Origin: Halocafeteria seosinensis | Lineage: Eukaryota | Reading direction: 5' to 3' | DNA length: 35,356 bases | Assembly: GCA_001687465.1 (NCBI GenBank) | Contig: LVLI01000372.1 | Span: forward strand, 1-35,356 | In this document: positions 24,600 to 35,356 of the stretch, piece by piece | Position numbering within the stretch: position 1 is the stretch's first letter | Layout: every line of letters starts with the position of its first letter | Program-made: the position numbers and the translations under genes | Notes under the pieces: model-generated | What the model saw: the letters and a program-made list of their open reading frames with translations, nothing else | Told to the model about the DNA's origin: nothing | Databases searched by the model: none

Positions 24600-27103
24600 T
24601 CATTTCCGTCCATATCTGTGGTGGCGAGTTCAAAGGGGGGAGTATTAAACTAAGACTTCAATTGATCTAGTCGCTACACGTACCGAATAATCTGAAATAA
24701 AGAGTTGTACTTCCTCTTTTTAATAGCCTCACGACAGTCCGTAATAACTTGAGATTTCGTAGATCCCACTGCATACACACAAGAAGTGGATGATATCCCT
24801 CAGCGAAAAAGAGACAGTGTTCGCTACATACCTCTAAGCGCCGCTGCTTTCTGAATCATCTGATTCATGTGCCTTAAGCTTTTCAATAACTCATCGTGGT
24901 TATTTGCGCGCTTCATGTACTCTCCAACGAGTTCGTTATTTAGACCTCGGAGTTCCGAGTATGCGCGCTTCATCTCGACGAGATCCCCCATTATTCTTGC
25001 ATGCTCCGCCCGTATGACCAAGGACTTGATAACATTGCTACTGTCCGCCATTTCAGCAGTAAGTTTCTGCCTAATCTGATTCAAATTTTCCACTTTGTCA
25101 ATCACTGTTTGCAGTGTTTCAAACTCGTTGGGGAAATGACATGTACAGCTCAGTTCTTTGATGCCGAAATATGATGCAAGCTCTTGGATAACTTGGCCGC
25201 AAACCTCCATGTCATTGCAACGGACAGCAATCAGAGCCGACTTTGACGAGGATGGTATATCAGTCTTTCGGATTCCCCCTCCTAGTTTTCCCTCAGGGGG
25301 CACGGAGGTCTTTTTCCCATCGAGCATGTCTGCGTCCTCACATGGCATCATATGCAAAGACAGACAAGAACCATCTCTAACATCTTCGAAATATTCATCA
25401 GTTACATGGCTTGTATTCTCCTCATTACGGTATGCCTCCGGTACAAAAAATGCTTTTCCCATCCACATCAGCAACCTTGCCGCTCTCTCTTCAACGCAGA
25501 ATACAACAAAGCTATCCGGTACAGCATTGTAGGGCGCACTATGGATGTGTTGGTACATGGCGAATCGAGGAAGACGATACGCTATTTCGAAAACGTGGTA
25601 TTGGGTACCGGAAGCTCCTGACCCTACTAGGGCTTGCAGCCTCAAATCACACTCTTGGTTTCGATGTGGCGATATCGAGGCGGTAACAGACGACCTTGGC
25701 TGAGCATCTGGATTGCACGCTACCAAACTTTCACCTCCCAGCCCTGCATAATTCGGGGCATCGTCGAGAATATCTTTCTCTTTGCTTTCGTGGGAAAATG
25801 GGTCCCCATCCAAAGCAAATACGAACACACCTCTCACACTGGTATCATTATTCGTGGAAATTGTCAGGTCGACAGATTTGGTTCTGGAGTTGACTTCCGC
25901 TTGAATATACAGTCGCGTAGCAGCAGGAACGGAACCAGCCTTTTCTTGTCCTGTTTTCAAATTTTTCATCGATTGCTCTACAGCTCTCAGTTGGAGCTCC
26001 AGTTGATTCTTCTGTTCTCTCAAACTTTGGATCCTCTGCTCGTCTTGGTCTTGCTTTTCTCGTTCCTCTTCGTCTAAATTGCTTGCGGATGGTTCTGTTG
26101 GGAGGAACCCTTTTACTTCCCCTTCATCGGTACATGCAATCAACACATTTCGTTGATCCATTCTGTAATCGCCTAGTTCAAGCCCTGCTACTTTACTAGA
26201 AAACTGTTCCGAATACACTAAGCCTCCGTTATCTAGCTTGCGAGCTTCCAGTTTCCCGTTGGACCACCCAGAAATCACCTCCGGAACTCCATCGGCGTCC
26301 AGATCGAAGCACGTTAACGAGGTTACTGCGCATTTCCCTTTCATTCTCCATACTCGAGTCTTGTCCATATATAAGCCAACCGTGTAATCATCGAGGGCGT
26401 AAGCCCATCTTGAGTCATTGTTTTGCACCGCAGAGAGAGCAACCACAGCAGCAGTCTCCTGAACACTCGCAACCAAGGTGTCCCCTGAAAACAGCTGAAT
26501 CGACCCCGTATCGTTACCGGCTATTAGTAACTGTCGATCACCTCCAGGCGAAAGACAACAAAGAGAGGTAACCTTCCCATCTGTTACCGTCCAAAATTGT
26601 TCATTGCCGTCAAAACCTACACCTTGGATGCTACAATTGCCACCAGCGAGGGCTAACGGTCTTTCAATTCCAGGAACGTTGCCTATCGCAATGCAGGATA
26701 CCCCATCGGGTACATCTCTATAAAAGATATCAGAATTATTTTCTGTATCAAATGCAAAAATTGACGTGGCTGCGCCCACAACGAGGACGTCTTTATTCGT
26801 ATGCGTGGGGTTTAGATTTCCGGCTGCAAGCCCTGTGAGCTGACGATTGACGTTGATGAACCTGACATCTTGACCCCCAGTCGCTTCGCTGCGCTGATGA
26901 GGGCTATGAATCAGGACTTTTCCACCACTTGTACCACAGGCGAGCGCTGGGGAGCTACCATCAACTGCAGTATGGAAGATCCAAGCCCACAATTGATTCC
27001 AACAAACGGACGACGGGACGATTGAACACTTACATTTGCCAAGGCAGACTAGTCGATCAAGCACTGCATTCCCTAAATTCAGTTGGAACACAGGAACGAG
27101 CAT
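24600..27103 (-). CDS. BBS2: BBSome subunit BBS2
   Basis: ATG 27103 [10 protein letters not shown]; removing the 69-nt intron 27033-26965 gives [26 protein letters not shown]; also [60 protein letters not shown]; small terminal exons give [24 protein letters not shown]. The last exon is inferred (unspliced alternative ends near 24675). Confidence 0.96.
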
Positions 27104-27666
27104 GGTTTGTGTATATGAGTTGATACCTCTCTTCTGTGCGCCCACACTTGCAAGTCGCTCTCCTAAGTTTTTGCAAGTTCAAAACCAGTATCCAATGGAG
27201 CACATGCACAATGCAATGCGAGTATGGACGGTTGCCCCTACTAGTAGAAACAGCTTTACATCTATGAGCTCCGAACACCTGCCAACCCGTCGGAATTCTC
27301 ATCTGAGCGCCCATATATTGTAACCACGGATAAAGCCAGAGCCAGGTCCAAGTTGTGAAGCTCGCACTGAGTGCAATTCAGACGCATTATGGTAGGTATG
27401 GCCCAACCTACTCGCAAGTCAGTGTGAGAGGAAGATGAATTCTCATTTGAGATTGATTGTCAACGGAAACCAGGGATATCTTGTTTTCAGTGTCTTACAT
27501 CGTAGAACTCTTATTGATATGACCTGCAATTCTCAGCAATCATTTACAACAGTAGGATGACGTGAAATGAGATGATCTGTTTGAGTATTTGCTCGTTCTA
27601 AAGCTTTCCGATTCCGGAAACTTGCAGAGAAGAATACCGTGCAAGAGGAGTTGAGCGCCGAGGGTA

Positions 27667-28855
27667 ATGGGTGTTGTAAGAGTGACCCAGCATTGCGGCC
27701 GACTTGGGAGAGTTGCCAGCAGATGCGTATCAAGCTATTCCTCTCCGCTGACCACTTCGTTTATTCACCCAACGAGCTCTGCGAAGAGTCAACTTTTAGC
27801 CCAGCGACCTAGTCATCCAGACCAGGCTGAGGAACTCCCGCGGAAGAAGAAACAGGGAATAGCAAGAGACGTACTCAAGGCTGTCCGAAACAGGGGATGC
27901 CCGCCAGACACAGTACTTAATGCCATTGAAACTATCGGTTTTGAACCTTTTTTGAGATTTCCAGAAAAAGAAGCGTCAGCCATTGTACCCGTTTTACTTC
28001 AGGGAAATGATTGGCAGCGAGTGCTCGACTACGCTGACCATCTCATGGAACGGGGGAAGCTTCATAAGGTTGTCCTAAACGGGATCTTAAGGCAATTGAC
28101 TAGTTCCTCAGTACTGCCTCTCTACTGGTTACGGGTAAAGCAACTTTGCTTTAGTGCTTTTATGCAGGATGGACAGGCGGATCAGTCTACGGTGACCAAC
28201 TTTATTGTTTGTGCCGCGAAGTCTGATGATCCTGATGCAGCGTGGGCCTTTCTCCATACCATTCAGCCCGTCAATCTACCACCAGAAGTAGAGGTACCTC
28301 TACGCATGGAAAAGCCCGCTTTCGTTCCTAACATGTACGCCTTAACGAACTTGCGTCACTGTCACGTTAGAGTGGGTGATGTGTGGGGCGCTGTCCGGTG
28401 CATGTGGGCCCTATTAGATTGGCATCGTCTCTCGTACCCGCGGCACTCTAGGATGCGTATCTGGAAATGGCTACTCAATGAAAGCAAGGAAAAAGGGATA
28501 GAGGAGACATTTTCGACAATAGAGTGTATTCTGTTTGGCCTTGGACAGGTCGTGCCTACGGAAGAAAAGCAAGGGCAGAACCCCTCCCGTGAATGTCTGT
28601 AAGTCGTCTTCCTACCAATGGACAAGAGCTGTGCTTGTTTCCACAATTGTGTTTCAATGGTGCAGGGCAATAATAAACGATGCCCAAAACGCCATCGCTT
28701 GCATCAAAGAAGAAGGGAAATATGGCCACCTCGGTTGCCCGGCATATTTACAGAACTTCGATGCCGATGACTCGGCAACTCAACTAGTTAAAACAATCTT
28801 CATCAACTTAGAACGAGCAGAATTGCAGTACAAAACATCACCTAACCAGAAATGA
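27667..28855 (+). CDS. Probable mitochondrion-targeted helical-repeat (PPR-like) protein
   Basis: Arg/Ser-rich presequence-like N-terminus; degenerate PPR-like units (ADQSTVTNFIVCAAKSDDPDAAWAFL; PNMYALTNLRHCHVRVGDVWGAVRCM); intron 28599-28666 joins the two ORFs in frame. Confidence 0.65.
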
Positions 28856-28863
28856 TCTATTAT

Positions 28864-29316
28864 CTATTCCAGCGGGCGTTCTATGGTGAGACCGTGCTCT
28901 CTGAGCCTGGCTTCCCACTCGCGGAAGTCCTGTTCATATAACTGACGTAATCTTTCACGTTGTGCAGTGACCAACTGCTCCGATAATAGGCGAAGTTCTT
29001 CTTTTTCCCTGAAAAATGGATACACAAGGGGAATGGTAGTGTGTGGCAAGGTCGAACGACCTCGGTGTTTAACATCTTACTGTCTCTTCTCAGCAGCCAC
29101 GTCTGCCGGATTATATTTCTTTACCGTTTGGCGCTCCATCCACTCTGCCCGGTGGACAGCTGCTCTGGTGCTGCATACAAAAGAAGGCAGTGTAAAGGTT
29201 ACAAAGAAGGTATCATGTAGCAGCTCACTGAGGCATGCTTACTTCTTTGTGTTGATGGCGTTATCGACGAGCTCATCTTCCCGTCTCTTCAGAGCTCGAA
29301 TATTTGGCGGATCCAT
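28864..29316 (-). CDS. CFAP141: Axonemal microtubule inner protein CFAP141 (C1orf189/FAP141)-like, 102 aa
   Basis: Exons 29316-29243, 29170-29081 and 29008-28864 give MDPPNIRALKRREDELVDNAINTKNTRAAVHRAEWMERQ...QRERLRQLYEQDFREWEARLREHGLTIERPLE; size and C-terminal RxxLxxLY/FExxxxxxExxLxxxG motif match my recollection of CFAP141. Only the last exon is in the ORF track. Confidence 0.75.
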
Positions 29317-29667
29317 TGCTATCCAAATACTTAGTATACCACAGAGAGAAACTAAACAAACAAACAATAAATAGCTCTTGTAAAGGACCACAATAATCGT
29401 TCCAAACCTTGATAGTATATGTTGATCTAACCAAGAGTCTCCAAGACGTTAAGCGCCGGTTGAAGTTGGCGCATACGGTACATAATACCGTACATTGCGC
29501 CGAAGCGCCAGACTGAACGATAATAGAGTGACCAGTGGATAGTTCATGTAATCCTTGAAATTTGCTCTTGTTGATACTTGACGGTACTTCTGACACTATA
29601 TGCTGTATTCCAAAGAATCGGAATTTGGCGCAATGGAAGCTGTGCTTTGGGCTGAATAGACAACAGA

Positions 29668-30489
29668 ATGGCAGTAACCGCGTACATCTGTCGTGTATTA
29701 ACGTGAGTGCATACTGAGCAAAATCTCGCTTGGATGCATGGCTTTGCTAAACTGAAGTTTCGGACCTTATGCCGCGTAATGTAAATGCAGAGTTGCCGGG
29801 CTGCTATGGGGAAGCTACCGCAGCTTCAAAGTGTTGAAGAACTGGGACGCTCAAAAAGGCAACGCCCTCCTTCGCCTCTGGTATGTGCGAAACTAGCAGC
29901 TTTAAGCAATGGTTAGAAACTTTGTGGATCCTCTGTGCGTCTCTCTTATCAGGGTGGTCATGTCGTTTCAGTCGCTTTACGAGCAGTGGGCCGAGATGCT
30001 GGTGGATTGGTACGTACTACTGCAGTCAGCTCATCAATAGGCGACGATTGTTTATATGCATTCGTCTCAAGTTTCTCCCTCCTACTCAGGCTACCCCTGT
30101 ACTATGAGCTCAAATGCGCACTGCTTCTATGGCTTCTCTTCCCTGAGTCTAATGTACGTAGCCTCGCCGCCCCCAACCTGTGGATACATGTTTGATCACA
30201 CTGGCGAGCTCGTCGATATCCTTGTATACAGGCACCTCATGTGCTTTTCGATAGCTTTGTGACTCCCGCTGTACAATTCCTCAGTTTCCAATATGACCGG
30301 AAGCTGTCTCCGACGATGCATAATACAGTCATAAGAGCATGCCACAAAATTGAGCGAATACTATTTCTGCTCGTGGTGGATGGCTTGGGTGTGCGCGAAT
30401 TGAAGAAGTGGGAGCACGGCCTCCGAGAACAAAATAGCTCATGTCTTAGTGAGATGCATCGCCGTGTTCAGAACGAGAACCAGGGATGA
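29668..30489 (+). CDS. TB2/DP1/HVA22 (REEP/Yop1) family ER-shaping membrane protein (5 exons)
   Basis: Four GT-AG introns splice to MAVTAYICRVLTVAGLLWGSYRSFKVLKNWDAQKGNALLRLWVVMSFQSLYEQWAEMLVDWLPLYYELKCALLLWLLFPESNAPHVLFDSFVTP..., carrying the family motifs YxSFK, LxxWVV and WLPLYYELK..WL. Confidence 0.88.
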
Positions 30490-30775
30490 ACTTGTTGGCC
30501 ACCAAGCATCATTTCAAGAATGCCTTCGACGACGACGTGGAGATATTTTCTTGTTGTTATTTGGAATGCGCTGGAAATTATATTCTCATCCTTGAACGCA
30601 TGGCGAAGGAAAGTTGGGTAGCGCGACTGATCGCTGCGAGAGAAGATTAGCCGGTACTCGTTCCGGCAGTGTCCAGTTGATCCAGGAGAATTGGTCTCGC
30701 TCCCGATAATTTTTACACTTGCTTAAACACATGCTGGCCGTTTCAGTTTTTATTTTTTTGTTGTCGCTCTTGCTA

Positions 30776-30870
30776 TGTTTAGTCTGCGACGACTGTACTC
30801 CACCCAGTTAACCCCCTTAATTGTGGGTGCGATGTAGACAGTGCTGCCATGTCAGAGACGCAGACTAACA
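30776..30870. repeat. Nested inverted repeat / hairpin, candidate structured RNA
   Basis: TTAGTCTGCG (30779-30788) pairs perfectly with CGCAGACTAA (30859-30868); inner ACTGT/ACAGT and CACC-CAGTTAA-CCCCC-TTAATTG-TG-GGTG stems. Confidence 0.45.
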
Positions 30871-31187
30871 ATTCCCAATGAATTCACATCGCACATTTGC
30901 ATTCATAAATTATTATATCCATTTGAGTAGTTTGGCGCTTTGCTCGGCGATGTTCTGTGGGACCACCAGTGGCCCACCACCTCTGCACACTTCCTCCAAG
31001 AAATGATTGGCCCGAGTGAGTCTCAAGCCAATGCTCGGAGCCATGGGCACAGAGTCTTCGAGAGAACGTAAATGTTAGACTAGTTGGTCACATGGCAAAA
31101 AATGGTCGCTTTTCTACTTTTGTATGTATCTTGGGATAGCAGGTTAGCGTTACCAGAGACTGCAGGGTCAAAGAGCTCGGGGCGACA

Positions 31188-31697
31188 ATGAGGCCTTCCA
31201 TATTGAGCCCATACCTTCGTTTGGTCAAGCGAGTTAAATGGCCTGAGTTGGCACCATATGTAAATAATCTTAAGGTGACCTTTGATCCAGCGGATGAAGG
31301 CGCTCGAGGCACACGGGAATTGTTTAGAGAGTCCAAAGGCCGTAAAGTAAGTACTTCCGAGGCCGTCGAGTCTATGCACGCACACGAAGCATTTGTCTCT
31401 TTTTTATTCTCACAGACAAGGGCTTTGTACCCCAAATATACAAGCGAGATGTACGTCACGGCAGATGGCCAAGCGCCATGGGTGGAAGTAGAATATGGTA
31501 GGTGGACAGACTCGGGACAGCTAATGGGACAGTGAGTATAACATGTTGTTGCTGCAGCAACCGGGGAGAAGGTGTCATTCAACGCGTCAGGACTAAAGTT
31601 AGATGAAATAACCAATCGACTGTATGAAGACGTCTTAGAAATTAAGGCAGAAGATGACGCCAAAGGAGAAAGTAGAGAAGTGCAACCAGAAAGATAA
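31188..31697 (+). CDS. MRPL53: Mitochondrial ribosomal protein mL53
   Basis: Introns 31347-31415 and 31498-31557; spliced protein LKVTFDPADEGARGTRELF...YPKYTSEMYVTADGQAPWVEVEYATGEKVSFNASGLKLDEI follows the mL53 pattern (VxFxP...TRxF...PxVxVxY/FxxG...L). Confidence 0.8.
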
Positions 31698-31758
31698 GGG
31701 TTGGGCGCCCACATCATACAACATTTGACATGTACAAGAAGAAGGATGGACACTATGT

Positions 31759-34700
31759 TCATTCTTCTTCTCCTCTCTCAAAATTGAGTATCGAATGAGC
31801 CATACGCTCACTACCTATAACATTCGGTACTTTGCCGCCAGTAAGAGTATTCAGAGCACGAGCGATTTCTGCGGAGCTCATTTGTTCCCCTTCGTTTTGC
31901 AAGCACTCTTGCAAGTACTTCCAGCTAACGGCTGTGTTGATGTTCTCTGGAGGATAACGATCCTCGTCATCGGGATTATCCTGCTGAGGAGCATCTTCGT
32001 CCTCGTCGACTAGGTCCTGAGGGGGCCTTCTCTCAGCTCTATCTCGGAGGAATTGCAAAGCATCTGCGATTTCGGCTTTACTCTCCCCAAGTACTGGCCT
32101 GTGGTTAACAAATAATTTGACAACAGTTCCGAGATCGACTTCTTCCACGGTTTTACCTTCTTCTGCAAAGTTCCCGTATCGTACTTCGTTCAGCAAAGCC
32201 TCCGTTTCTTCTTCAGTGGGATAGTAGCCCAATGCGCGAACTAGGTTTGGCAACTCGTCGAGGGGTAGGGTGATACCTGCTCGGCGAGGAGCAGTACTGT
32301 CCTCACCCGCACTGCGAATTTGGGCATAAGCAAAGAAGTCACACATATCCTGATAAAGTTTCCCTTCAGCCCCTCCTTCTAGCATATTCAGGAACGGATT
32401 CAGACCTTCTCCTCCAGCTGCCGCCAATTGCTCCATGGCTAAGGTGTCTACTTCCCACAAAATCACAGTACAGTCATCACCTCCAGCAGTGAGCATATGT
32501 CGCCCGTCCGTCCCAGCCGCTAACTCTTCGACAGAACCTGGGTGAGCAACAATTCCCATACTCTTATGGGGGTTACCGTCTAGGGGAAGCATGATTACAC
32601 CAACAACTTTCTCAGTAGTCCTATATACGAGAAACTGTGGCCGCGTGTCATCTCCACTGTATTTGTCTTCGTTCGCATTCCGCAACACGGCCATTCTAGC
32701 TATAGGGCCGCCATAAGTCGGTGACAGAACCGTGCGGCGACAAGTCCTCGTCTCAGCGTTCCACAGCTTAAATTTATACTCGTCATTTGCTGTAATCACC
32801 ATACGCTCTCTTCGCGCCGCTGCCCTAGCAGCTTCTTCACGGTCTCCCTTTTCGGTACTTTCTTCCGCCTCCTCCTCTTCCCCACCGTCGGTCTCCTTCT
32901 TATCCTCTACGTCGCCTGCGCGACTGCTTGTTTTACCAGTCGACGTGTCCCTTCCTTTACTGGAGGTGCTCTTGCTAGAGGGGTACCACAGACAAGCCGT
33001 AGGGATTGCTGACTGCTCAACTTTCACTCTAGGGCCTCTCAGTTGTACGCCCCTCTCGGGAGTGGATTCGTCGACATTATACTGCACCATTCTTCTGTCT
33101 TTCCCAACACTAGCTAAGAGCTGTTCACCCTCTTCGGTACAGTCAAAGTTCAGCCCTGATATTGGCGCATTGTGAGTGCGCGCCCTACCAATATATGTCC
33201 ATTGATAAACTGTTCTAGTTTGCTGCTCTTCCCCTTCCTTTAACTCCCATTGCTTTTTGCCTTGAGCTTGGCTGTTGTCTATGGTAGTCTGCGTGTATTC
33301 GCAGATAGCAACATATCTGGCTTTATCTGCCACAGCTAAGTACTTCCCATCCGGGGAGAATGAAATGTGACTGATTGGATCATTTCCTACACGCAGCGGT
33401 TCCTGTACATCATGTAGATGTTCGCTATCCAAGAATAAGATCTCTCCACGGGACGTACACAGGGCTATAGTATTACCCGCTGGATCAAATGCGCACCTCT
33501 CTGGCACATGTACGGAGGTATCTAGTATTCGTACCATGAGAAGTGCCTTTTCTTCATAGTCCCACAATTGAAGCGCACCTTTTTGTGAGGCAATAATAAC
33601 GTGGGGAACATTCATTTGAGGTTGCACCGCAATAGCAGTCACTGCGCCGTCGGCACTTTGGACGAGTACTGTGCCCTGGCGATCTAGAACCGACAAAGAA
33701 CTAAACGCAGATGCTTCCATGCCCACGATCAATCCACGGCGTGTTCCTACAATGAAGTCTGGTAGCTGCTCAGGTGACGCAGTGTCATCTTTAGAAAAAG
33801 AAATGCTAGTTATTGGCCCAGCATTGATATCTTCATACCAGGCGATAAGGCGTAATTTGTAATCAAAAACTCGTACACTTCCATCCTCAGTGCCACACAC
33901 AAGGTGGGTACCACACGTTGTGAAGACTTCTATCGCTACTTGTTGCGCTTCTTCAAAGCCTGGTATACTGGACCCCTCATCTTTCGTCAGCCTCACTAGC
34001 TTCATTGCTTGCTTTTCATATGTTTTCCCTTCTTGCAGAGACATAGGTTGCGTATCCCACAGGACAGCGTCACCGGCCTTCGTCCCGGAGACAGCATAGG
34101 TTGTATCCGCCAAGAACGTTGTTACGGTAAATGGCGCAATCGTAGAGCCCAGCTGCTTGGAACTAACTGGTGGAGCAAAAAAAGACATTTCAGCGATGTC
34201 ATCTGAATCTTCTTTGGCATTCTCATCTGGATCCTCCTTGCTTAGCTCCTCTACCGCCCAGAATACCACGCGCTCTTCGCCGTTTGTCACGAGTTCTGAA
34301 ATGTTACTTGGATTGAATGCTACATGGAAATGTGGCTCCGAAGTAGGTAGTTCAGCAGCTGCTATCGGTGTATCTCGGTCCACCGTCCACTCCCATACCG
34401 CAATTATCTGGGGGTCTTCCACTTCTGGTGGTTGATACGATAGCGTGGCTATACGCGTAGCATCTGGAGAGAGATCAATGGCACTCACTCCGTAGGGATG
34501 CGGCTGTACAAAATTATATCACCATGCAATGTCATCGAGTGACCATCATGTGACCGGACGTACATTGAATATCGTCTTTACTGGAGAACGGGAGATACTA
34601 TCCCAAATCACGATCATGCTATCCTCGCCTTTGTCGGTTGTTACGATCCATCTTTTGTCACGGCTTACAGCACAGGCGGTGATGTGATTACACTGTTGAA

Positions 34701-35142
34701 AGCAAATAGTCACCAATGCAAATCAACGAGCGCTTCGTTCCTTTCAACACTACAACATACATGACCGAGCAGTAAATATTGCTTGTCTGACCGAAAATCA
34801 AAGATAACGCCAATGTGCGCAGCTGGATAAAATATGGCCTGAGGGAACAGAGCGACCCATTTGTCATTGCCATCAACATCCCACAGTCACTGAGTGCCAC
34901 GCAACGCATTAATGAATGGCACTTACATCTCTGCGTTTATCCACTAAGCTGTGCGCTCCATTCGGTATGGAGCTGTTGAACCCGAAGACCCAGCTCGGTA
35001 CCTGCGAGAGAAGCCCAATGCGTTATGGTGTAGTGTATGATTCCTAAAACAGACGGGAGAAATTAGCATATAAAGCATGCAGGAAGCTTACCAGAGGCTT
35101 CGGTGCCGACGTTAAGTCGCCGGGGGTGTTGTTTCTCGCCAT
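31759..35142 (-). CDS. CFAP251: Cilia- and flagella-associated protein 251 (WDR66): WD40 repeats plus C-terminal EF-hand-like region
   Basis: ATG 35142; four small 5' exons give SWVFGFN..AHSL..AIFYPAAHIGVIFD..QYLLLGHCNHITACAVSRDKRWIVTTDKGEDSMIVIWD, spliced to the 909-aa ORF containing ITANDEYKFKLWN, LSPTYGGP, LPLDGNPHKSMGIVAHPG, FFAYAQIR, LVRALGYYPTEEE and KLFVNHRP. Confidence 0.95.
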
Positions 35143-35356
35143 CCTGTTGTATGCGATACGCTGAGCTGCTTTCTGATTCCGTTCCCTTCAGCATCAGGCG
35201 GTCTTGTCCTTACCTTATTTTGACCCAGCGTCCCACCTCACAATGCAACTGCGCGTGGACTAGCTCAAACTAAACGGCATCAAGTTGGCTGGGCTTGAAG
35301 TTATCCGTCTGCAGACTGCGGCGGAGTCTCACTGACTGTCTCAGGCCCTCAGCCTT

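Noticed and set aside
30605..30620. GAAGGAAAGTTGGG resembling the RNase P/MRP CR-I motif
   Set aside because: No matching CR-V strand able to form P4 at a plausible distance.
31088..31762. 224-aa minus-strand ORF overlapping the CFAP251 stop
   Set aside because: Antisense shadow of mL53; composition is not protein-like.

Overview
Gene-dense stretch of a compact eukaryotic nuclear genome. Introns are short (mostly about 55-90 nt) and all resolved ones are canonical GT-AG with GTRNGT-like donors, which is why the ORF track is fragmented. BBS2, CFAP251 and CFAP141 indicate a flagellated organism, plausibly a heterotrophic protist such as a stramenopile, but taxonomy is inference only. By splicing ORF fragments by hand I support 15 protein genes: a dually acylated TBC Rab-GAP, a signal-peptide/Kelch/TM/RING-H2 receptor-like E3 ligase, a TM/double-RING protein, kynureninase, mitochondrial uS9m and mL53, a PPR-like mitochondrial protein, BBS2, CFAP141, CFAP251, a CCDC177-like coiled-coil protein, an HVA22/REEP protein and three orphan proteins. 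No tRNA, rRNA, CRISPR array or intact mobile element was recognised. The most notable observations are the adjacent pair of membrane-anchored RING ligases, convergent genes whose stop codons abut with a 0-nt gap, strict strand alternation over 11 genes, and a structured non-coding segment at about 30.6-30.9 kb (a U6-like core motif and a nested hairpin) that may or may not be an ncRNA. All homology calls come from motif recall, not from database searches.
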